DNA of 64,000 nucleotides from Rebecca billardiae RCC1528 (Eukaryota; Protista; Haptophyta): NCBI GenBank assembly GCA_965240325.2, contig OZ251241.1, positions 1,433,352 to 1,497,351 of the forward strand, read 5' to 3'. Shown piece by piece: positions 56,011 to 64,000 of this stretch (position 1 is its first letter; each line of letters starts with the position of its first letter). The notes under the pieces were generated by a model. It saw only the letters and a program-made list of their open reading frames with translations, ran no database searches and was not told where the DNA came from. The position numbers and the translations under genes were made by a program.

Positions 56011-56476
56011 ATGGCGGCGTTCGCGCTGCTCGTCACGGCCCTTGGCGTGGCAGGGGTCTGCCCGGCCGCTGCGGGCATCAAGCCTCGCCCACCCGCGCAG
56101 CTCGGTCCGCGCATCGTTCGCCGTCTCGACGCCGTCCTCCGACGAGGCCGTGGCGATGGGTGTGCGCGATTGGCCGACCATGTCGCGCGATCGCTCGTTT
56201 CGCGAGGAGGTGCCGGCGGACGCCCAGCGGTACGTGCTCGAGGGGACGGGGCTCGTGCGCGCCCTGGACGGCGACGGCGGCGAGACGAAGAGCGCGCAGC
56301 TGCAGCCCGGCGCCCTGCTCACCGTCGAGGACGCGTGCACGCTCGAATGGACGCCGGACGAGGGTGCGGCCCTCCTCATCCTCACACCCACCTACCAGCA
56401 GCCTCTTGTCTTCGTGGGCTTTGCCCTCGCGACCTTCGCCTTGTTCGCCGCGCTGATCGGCACTGTGTCGTCGTAG
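56011..56476 (+). CDS. Cupin_3/DUF861-like protein with probable plastid-targeting presequence and C-terminal TM; apparent 1-nt frameshift near 56040
   Basis: MGVRDWP..RYVLEGTG.V..LQPGALL.V..LEW resembles plant DUF861 cupins; the signal peptide from ATG 56011 is one base out of frame. Confidence 0.6.
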
Positions 56477-57099
56477 GGTGCACGCCGCTGCGATGCCAAT
56501 GCGGCCGGAGCGCACTGGCGAGGCGGCGGCCAACGCATCAGTCTTGATGACGACCATATGATTAATGATATTAAGCGGTAATTGCGGGCCAGCCGCCCCT
56601 GCTGACGCGCGACCGCGGCGCGGCATCATGGCAGCGGCCCGCCGCCGGGCGGCGCTCGGACCTGGGGCACCAGCCGGTGGCGCGTCGTCATCAGGCCGAC
56701 ACCGTGCGCGTGTATTCTAGCTGATTAGCTGCTGCTATGAGTATGTAGTATGGATCGACGACTCAGTCCGTCGTCGATGGTCGAGTCAGCCAGTCAGGCA
56801 CCGAGATCGATCGGCGACTGCGGCGGTCTGCGCTTATATATCGCCGTGATTCGCGCCGTCGGCCGTGCTTGAGTGAGTGCTGCTCGTATGATGACTGCTG
56901 CTCATATCGATATCAGTAATCCGATATGAGCCGCCGGCCGGCGCGCCGCCGCCAGTACAGAGTCTCAAACGACGACTACACTAAATAATGACAGAGTAAG
57001 ATAGAATATAGATGACTGCCCGAGTTGGCAACAGTACGTCTACGGTGAGTACCGTCGCGGTTATTATAATATATACATATATATATATATATATAATAG

Positions 57100-58200
57100 A
57101 TCGCGGCGCGCGCGCTCGGGATCCCCAGCCCGGTCTGCGCGCCGCTGGCCCAGGCCGGGGCGTACGTGCCCACGCGCTCGGGTCCTGGCATCCGGGTGGA
57201 CGCGTACGGCGACGCGCTCCTCAGCGCGTCCGGCCGCAACGCGCTCCCCGGCGACCACGTCGCACGCTACCGGCACGACCCGGTGATCCGCGTGCTGGCG
57301 GGGTTCTTCCGCACGTACGCCGGTGTGTACGCCGTGCCGGAGGACACCTGGATCTTCGGCTCGGTGCACGCCCAGTCCACCGCCCAGGCGCAGGCGGTGC
57401 TCGGCACGGACCGCAAGCGCGTGCCGGTGGTGGACCTGAGTGCCGAGGTGCACGGCAACTGTACCCTGTTCGAGGTCAAGACCATCTCGCTGAGCCAGTC
57501 GCGCTACAGGGTGAGCGACGGCCGCAACGGTGCGGTGCGCCACCGCGCGGAACTCGTCCCGCGCGAGCGGCGCAAGCAGCTGCAGCTCCTCGACCGCGAG
57601 GTCTACGGCACGCTTGAGGGCCAGGTGGGCCCATACGAGGCGCGGCTCGACACCTTCCCCGCGATCGTCCCGATTGTCGTGGGGGCGTTCGGCGAGTGGA
57701 GCGCGGAGGTGGACCTCACCCTCAAGAAGATCGCCAAGATGGGGCGGGACACGTGGCGCGCGCGCCTCAGCGCGCCCTCGCGCCCCGCCGCCGAGCGCGC
57801 GCTGCTCGGCACCATGCGGCGCGAGCTGGGCATGCGCTGCCTGCGTGGCCAGGCCAAGATGCTCATCGCCCGCGCGCGCATGGCGCACGTGCGCCCGGGG
57901 GCACGCGCCCGCGGGGGCGCTGCATACGACGACTACTTCGAGACGACGGCTGACGACGCGTGGCACCGCGACCACCGCGGTGGCGCGTGCGCGTCGACGC
58001 CAGACGGTGCGTCGAGCTTCCGCTCGGCGATGGAGTGATGGGCGACTATGAGGGGGGGGACGACGGCGAGGAGCGCTGATCCTGGTGTTTGTCTCTGCTG
58101 CTCGATCTGCTGCTACAGCTTGCTGACTCTGACGCCTGCCCGTTGCATACCACGTCGTTAATATAATACGGCGGTATAACTACGACTATACGCGCGTACT
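57100..58200 (+). mobile_element. 5'-truncated RLE-type (CRE-like) non-LTR retrotransposon: C-terminal endonuclease region (open 57100-58038) plus 3' UTR
   Basis: LGIPSPVC..VDAYGD..PGDH..RHD..VVDL..EVKTI..PIVVGAFGEWS pattern; no ATG; begins abruptly after a (TA)n tract and is followed by TA-rich sequence. Confidence 0.7.
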
Positions 58201-58800
58201 CGGCTGCTTATATATATACTAGTATACTCGTCGTATATCATATATATACTCGATCTGAATAATAATACTCGTCCGTCAGACTGGCGACGACCGTGCTGAT
58301 CCGATCAGCAGACGGAGTCGTGAGTAAAGTGACTGATGACGTCGCAGTCACGGGGCCGGTGATCGGCGGCTGCTGATGAGCCTGATGATGACACTTGCGG
58401 CCGCGGATGCCGCCACTTGCCCATCACCGTTTATTAAGGTCTTTGGCTTTGCCAGCCGAGACTCGGGCACGGCGGATGACGACTGATCGAGTGAGCAGAC
58501 GACAGAGTAGATGAGCCAGTAGTATACGCGCGTAGCGGCTAGCATGCCGCCGTAAGTCTGTGCCGCAGTGTCTCAGCAGGGAGCGCCAGATGCGCGCCGT
58601 GCACGCGGAAAGACGAACAAGGAGTGCAGAGCGAGGCTGCCTGCGCGCGACGTAGTGGACACCGCCGATCGTGGTATGATGCGGGACGACGAATGGAGTC
58701 GGCGCATGCAGCTCAGAATCAAGCAGCGCTGCTCGCCTCGCGCGCGTGACCGGCGCCGAAGCGCGCAGGGCCGGGCATGGCGTGGCCAACTCACGACCAC

Positions 58801-60036
58801 TCACTCCTCATCGCGGTAGGGCTGGTAGTTGATCATGTCGCGCGTCTGGTCGAGGAAAATGGCCGCGCGCTCGCGCGGGTCGATGGTCGGGGCACCGGGC
58901 GCCTCCATGTCAACGCCGATGAGGGTCGGGTCAGGGTCGTGGACGTTGAAGCGCTTGTGCCGCTTCACGCGGATCGAGCACGCCTCGCGCATGCGCTTGT
59001 CCCTCTCTTCCTCTGAGCCCGCGGCCATGATCGCCGGCGCCGCCCGCGCCACGTCTCTGGCGACCAGCTCGCGCGTGAGTGTCATCGTCTTCTTGCCGAT
59101 GATGACGAGGTTGTCCGCGACGACAAAGCTCATCGAAGGGCGGGCGGCGAGCTGCTCGACCGAGGCGACCTGTTGGAGCGCGCTCGTGGCGGACTTGAAG
59201 CCCGGGACGCTGCGGTCGACGAAGCCCATCGCCTCGTACGTGCGCTTGTCCAGCAAGCGCAGGTGGCCCTTCGCCTGGTTGTGGTTGAGCCCGAGCGCGT
59301 TCAGAGCGCCCATGAACGACCGGCCCGCCTGCACGCGCTCCGCCTCCTCGCGCAGCGCGTCGGTCTCGTACCCGCGGAGGCGGCTGACCTCCTGCATCGC
59401 CGCGACGAGCACCGCGCGCGTGAACCTGCGCAGCGCGAGCGTGAACCCCGGCAGCTGCGCCTGGTTGAGGATCTCGTGCACGCCGTCCGGTTTGATCAGC
59501 ACGTCGTTCAGGTGCGTCGCGTCCAGGCGGCCGCGCGGGCCGAGAGCGAAGTAGTGGTTGTTGGCGCGGTCGAAGCCGTGCACGCTCGTCTCGATGGCGT
59601 TCAGCACCGTGCGGACGTGCACGGCCATGCTCTTGACCGGCACACCGGTGATGCGTGCGAGCGTCTGCGCGCGACGGCGCGCGACGGCAGGCGCGGCGCA
59701 GGAATGAGTGACGGCGCGCGCACGCGCGCGCGATGCAAGAGCAGAGGGCGATGGGGAGCAGGCGGGCGAGCGGCACGGGCGGCGGCGTACCTTCTTGAGC
59801 GTCGACGACGGGATCACGGTCTCCCTGCTACGGATCAGGGTGTCGATGATCAGCTGGACGATCTCGTGCATCCGCTCGGGCGGGAACCCATCCGCGAGCA
59901 CGGCATTGCGCAGCTCGTCCAGCTCGCTGGAGGTGGAGGAGAAGTTGCTGACGATGGAGTTGATCATCCTCTGCGGGACGACGCGCGCGTTGCGCACCTG
60001 CACGGGCACGCCCTGGGCGGTGGTCACGGTCGGCAT
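58801..60036 (-). CDS. Hypothetical protein, possibly with an AntA/Bro-N/MSV199-like DNA-binding region
   Basis: Starts MPTVTT; in-frame GT-AG intron 59790-59665; balanced amino-acid composition unlike shadow ORFs; domain guess is weak. Confidence 0.6.
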   Translation of the reverse strand: MPTVTTAQGVPVQVRNARVVPQRMINSIVSNFSSTSSELDELRNAVLADGFPPERMHEIVQLIIDTLIRSRETVIPSSTLKKVRRRPCRSPACSPSPSALASRARARAVTHSCAAPAVARRRAQTLARITGVPVKSMAVHVRTVLNAIETSVHGFDRANNHYFALGPRGRLDATHLNDVLIKPDGVHEILNQAQLPGFTLALRRFTRAVLVAAMQEVSRLRGYETDALREEAERVQAGRSFMGALNALGLNHNQAKGHLRLLDKRTYEAMGFVDRSVPGFKSATSALQQVASVEQLAARPSMSFVVADNLVIIGKKTMTLTRELVARDVARAAPAIMAAGSEEERDKRMREACSIRVKRHKRFNVHDPDPTLIGVDMEAPGAPTIDPRERAAIFLDQTRDMINYQPYRDEE

Positions 60037-60296
60037 GCTTGCACGCGGCGACGACGAAGGACGTAGGACGTAAGGTGGGGCCGACGACGGGATGCGAGTC
60101 GGTTGGTCGCGGTGTGGACAGGTCCAGCAGCAGCGCTTTGCTGGGCTGTGTCCCCGCAGAGGACAACCGGTGGACATCGGCGGGACAGCCCCGGCCGGAC
60201 CGGACGCCGCCCTCGGACACGCCCGGACCTCTGCTGCCTCTGCAGAGAGTCGCAACTGCATCAGACGCGACGCCCGCGCGCGCGCGCCAGCTACGA

Positions 60297-61740
60297 TCAC
60301 CCCAGCGCGTCCGCCTGCTGCTGCGCCGCCCCGCCGCCGCCGCCGCCGCCGCGGAAGTCCTTCTCCACCAGCGAGCGCGTGCAGCGCCTTGTGCTGCGCC
60401 CAGTCGCGCTTCTGACACTCGCGGCCGCAGTAGTGCGCCGCGTGGCACGGGCACGCCTTGGGCGCGGCGGCCGTGCAGCCGTCGGCCAGGCAGGTGCGGC
60501 GCTCGGCCTCGTCCGCGCCGTCGAGCCGCCGCCGCACCGTCCGGATCACCACCGCATCGCCCGCCGCCTCCGCGATCTGCGCCGCGGTGTACCCGTTCAC
60601 CCGGTCGACCACGTCCGCGCGCGCGCCCGCGGCCGCCAGCTTCTTCGCAGCACGCTCATGGCTGTTGGCTACTGCGATTGCGAGCGGCGTGATGCGCAGG
60701 GCGTTGGCGAGGTCGATCTCGGCGCCCGCGGCGAGGAGCCAGCCGACCAGCTCGGCGTGCCCGCGCTCCGCCGCCTTCGCCAGCGGCGTCTCCCCGCGCG
60801 AGCCGGACTCCTCCTGCACCGGACGCCACTCCGGCCTCGCGCGCGCAGACGCTGAACCGTCGATGAGCGCGCCGGCGCGCACGAGCGCGCGCGCCATCGG
60901 CAGGTCGCCCTGGTGCGCGGCGAGGGCGAGGAGGTTGCGCATCTCGAGGAAGGCGAGCGCGGGCTCGCCGCGCGACGCGCAGATCACCGGACTCCTGGTC
61001 GGCGTCGGCCGGTGGGTCCGGGCACGCCCGGAACCATCGCGAGGCGTCGCGCCGATGCCGGTGAGGCTGTCGGACCAGTGCGCGCCGCCGCCGAGGCCGA
61101 GCGCGCCGGGATGCGCCTCGCCCGCCAGCACCTCGCGCTCGTGCCGCGCGCGCACCGACGTCCGGTACCCCGCCACGCCCACGGCGACGCCGAGCGGCCG
61201 CAGCCGCTCCGAAAGGCGCGGCTCATATTTACCCAGGTTCTTTGGCAGGAGCACGAGGCGCGGGCGGTAGCGCTCGCCGATGGGGAGCGCGCGCGCGCCC
61301 AGCGCGAGCGTGCAGCACGCGTGCACCACCGCCGCCGCCATGTCGTCCAGCCGGCTCGGCCCGCCCGAGCCGCGCCGCGTGTAAATCATGCCCTTGGTGC
61401 AGAGGTGCTCGGCACGCGCGATCGCGCGCTCGTCGCCGCCGTCCCAGTCGGCCAGGACCGACGTGCGCCGCTTGGGCGCGTCCTGGTCCTCCGGCGCGCT
61501 GTTGAACTCGCCCTCCTCCACGTCGAGCAGCCACGTCACGTCGCGCTGCGGCAACGCCGCCGCCTCCTCCTCCGAGCCCTTGCGCGCGAAGACCGCATCA
61601 AAGTACTCGGGCGGCATCTCGTCCGGCGGCGGCTCGCCGGTGGCCATGTAGCGGAAGAACATCTGCTGCACGGAGGGCGGCATGCCCATGTCCTCCAACC
61701 CCGCCGCCATGTTCGACACCGCGAACGAGGCGAAATCCAT
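60297..61740 (-). CDS. Ankyrin-repeat and MYND zinc-finger protein
   Basis: GETPLAKAAERGHAELVGWLLAAGA, ITPLAIAVANSH and CLADGC..KACPCHAAHYCGRECQKRDWAQHKALH; true 3' end uncertain (possible frameshift near 60375). Confidence 0.8.
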
Positions 61741-62050
61741 CCCGGCCTGTCGTCCGCCCACGCCCACCGTGGCCGCACGCGAGGCAGCTCGATGGCGGCC
61801 GGCCGGGCGGCACCCTGCCCGGGCGGGGCGGCGGCGTGGTCCGGACTATTCCGGATGCTGAGCGGCCAGCCGGTCGCGCGCCCTTCCGGCCTTCCGCTCC
61901 GCCGTGGCCTCGATCACACAATAAGTACTAGTCAGTATAGACTGTATAGAGTCTCTGACACTCATCGGACTCAGCGTTCTAGACGACGTCGTCACGTCCC
62001 TCACGTCAGGCGCTGTCAGCCAGCAGAGCCACTCCGAGGCGCGGCCCTGC

Positions 62051-64000
62051 TCAGTCCGCGCACGCGGCGGGCTCGGCACTCCCGAGCGCGCGCTCGAGAG
62101 CGCGCACCGCGCTTTCCGGCGGCAGCAGCAGCGCCTGACCCTCATCGCCGTCCTCCGCGCCCGCGGGCGGCGCGGCCGCAGCTTCGGCACGCTCCGCCGC
62201 GGCCGCGCCGCCGCGCGCCGCGCGCGCCGACGGCGTCGTCATCGTCGTCGTCGGCGGCGGCGGCGCGCGCCACGCGGCGCGCGCGCGCTCGGGCTCACCG
62301 CGCGCGAGCAGCAGCAGCGCTGTGTTGAACTTGGTAGCGCGCTCAACCGGCCCGCCGGCGGCGCGCGACTCCTCCGCCGCGGCGCCGAGCGCGCGCGCCG
62401 CGTCGGCGTGTCGGCCCAGGCAGACGAGCGCGGCGGCGCGCGCGTTGAGCGCGCACGCGCGCCACAGCGGGGCGTGCGCGGTGCCGTCGGCGGCGGCCAC
62501 CGCGGCGGCGGTTGGCTGCGGCTGCGTCGGCGCAGGCTGCGTCGGCGCCGCGCCGTGCAGTGCGGGCGCGCGCGGCTGCGGCGTCGACGGCTGCGTCGGC
62601 GTGTGCTGCCACGCGCGCGCCGGCACGTGCGGCGCGGGCGCGAGCGCGGCACAGCCGCCGAGGCTAGTGAGAGCGGCGCGCGCCGAGCCGAGGCGCAGCG
62701 CGGCATGTGCGCCGAGCACGGCGGCGGCCGCCGAGTCGTCGGCGCCCGCGCGCGGCGGAAGCTGCGCCGCCGCGGCGGCCTCGGCCGGGCGGCCAGCGTG
62801 GAGCAAGATGGTCGCTCGCTCGCACAGCAGCGAGTGAGGCGGCGGCGCGTCGGGCGGCACGGCGCCCAGCAGCGGCGCGTGCGCCGCCGCGGCCTCTGCC
62901 CACCGCCCGCGCCGCGCGGCGTGGCGCGCGCACAGCCAGTCCACCGCGTCGGCGCCCGTGCCGCCGAGCCCGCCGCCCGGCCAAGGCAGCGGCGGCAGCG
63001 CGCCCTCAGCAGTGGGCTCGGCGCGAGCGGTGCCGGCGGCGGCCATGCTGCCTGGCGGCGGCGCGTCGGCGTCGGCGGCCGCTGCCGCAACGTGCCGCCA
63101 CGCGGGCGCACGCGCCGCCACGCCGCCGTCCGAGCATGCGGGGGCGACGAGGGCGGCTGTCAGCTCAGGCAGCCAGCACGCGGCCGCACTCGCGCCCGCG
63201 CGCGCGGGACGGTGGACCGGCGCAGCGCCCGCCGCGCCCACGCCGCCGCCGCCGGCGGCGGCGGCGGTGCGCGCCGCCTGCGCGCGGAGCGATCTGAGAA
63301 GGCTCTCGCATGCTTCGATCTCCCCCCGGCCCTCCAGCTGACCAAGGGCGGTGACGGCGCACGCGGCCGCGAGGTGTGAATCAGCGGCGCCGCCGCTGAG
63401 CGCGAGTGCGGAGCCCAACGCCGCCATCGCCGACTCCGCCGTCTCGCGCGCGCGCCGCGCGTCGCCCTCCGCGCGCGCCGCGGCGGCGTCGGCGGCGCGC
63501 ATGCAGCCGAGCGCGAGGCGCGCGTGCGCCGCGTGCGCGCCCGCGGGCGCGGCGCTCGCGGCGCGCAGCAGCGCCGCCGCCTGATCCCACCACCGGCCAC
63601 CAACCACACCCTCTGCGGCCGCGCCGTCGGCGGCGGCCGCGTCCGCGCCGTCGGCGGCGGCCGCGTCCGCGGCGCCGCCGCCGCGCGCGCCCGTCCCCGC
63701 GGCTGCATGCGGCGGCGGCGGAGGCGGCGACGCGTGCGCCTGGCGCATCGCGGCCACGGCCAGCCAGTAACACGCGGCCTCCGCCGCCGCCGCCGCCTCC
63801 GCAGCCGCCGCCGCCTCCGCAGCCGCCGCCTCGGCTGTCGCCGCCTCGGCCGGCAGCTGCGGCGCGCGTGGCGCGGCGTCCGCGGCGGGCGCGCCCGCCG
63901 ACGGCCGCGCGCCGCCGCCCGGCGGCGCACTCCTCCGCGCCAGCGCCTCCCAGGCGCGCGCACTCAGCAGTGCGTGCGCGGCGCGAATCAGCTGGTTCAG
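62051..64000 (-). CDS. Ala-rich TPR-like helical repeat protein, 5' end outside the window
   Basis: Frame is open to the window edge; ALNARAAALVCLGRHADAARAL and ATKFNTALLLLARGEPERARAAW are TPR-like. Confidence 0.6.
   Translation of the reverse strand: MNQLIRAAHALLSARAWEALARRSAPPGGGARPSAGAPAADAAPRAPQLPAEAATAEAAAAEAAAAAEAAAAAEAACYWLAVAAMRQAHASPPPPPPHAAAGTGARGGGAADAAAADGADAAAADGAAAEGVVGGRWWDQAAALLRAASAAPAGAHAAHARLALGCMRAADAAAARAEGDARRARETAESAMAALGSALALSGGAADSHLAAACAVTALGQLEGRGEIEACESLLRSLRAQAARTAAAAGGGGVGAAGAAPVHRPARAGASAAACWLPELTAALVAPACSDGGVAARAPAWRHVAAAAADADAPPPGSMAAAGTARAEPTAEGALPPLPWPGGGLGGTGADAVDWLCARHAARRGRWAEAAAAHAPLLGAVPPDAPPPHSLLCERATILLHAGRPAEAAAAAQLPPRAGADDSAAAAVLGAHAALRLGSARAALTSLGGCAALAPAPHVPARAWQHTPTQPSTPQPRAPALHGAAPTQPAPTQPQPTAAAVAAADGTAHAPLWRACALNARAAALVCLGRHADAARALGAAAEESRAAGGPVERATKFNTALLLLARGEPERARAAWRAPPPPTTTMTTPSARAARGGAAAAERAEAAAAPPAGAEDGDEGQALLLPPESAVRALERALGSAEPAACAD

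Overview
Very GC-rich eukaryotic genomic DNA with short GC-rich GT-AG introns, (TA)n tracts in intergenic regions and telomere-like repeats inside an intron. These features are consistent with a haptophyte such as a Pavlovales alga, but this is inference. Most long ORFs in the six-frame track are stop-poor shadow frames. About 17 real genes are supportable: a SERCA-type P2A ATPase, an EDR1-kinase-ARM protein, an Sfi1-like protein, a Hint (Hedgehog/intein) protein, a GOST/GPR107-like 7TM protein, a class 3 lipase, a stand-alone Hpt, GCP4, a CMD-family protein, a cupin, an Ank-MYND protein, a FAM241-like protein, a DUF6492-like protein and others. Mobile DNA includes a decayed pogo-like transposon, a truncated RLE-type non-LTR retroelement and three long foldback elements, one with a nested insert bounded by direct repeats. 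The main finding appears only after removing introns by hand: three membrane receptors carry a cytoplasmic HET/TIR-like domain (FVSH...W(I)D...RxWxxxE) with the putative catalytic Glu. One is signal peptide-2x Venus-flytrap-1TM-HET/TIR. Two are paralogous signal peptide-PA-7TM-HET/TIR proteins, one of which sits tail-to-tail with a non-RD kinase carrying ARM repeats. This suggests an undescribed receptor-coupled TIR-like signalling or immunity system in an alga. All domain calls come from motif recognition by eye; no database searches were run.
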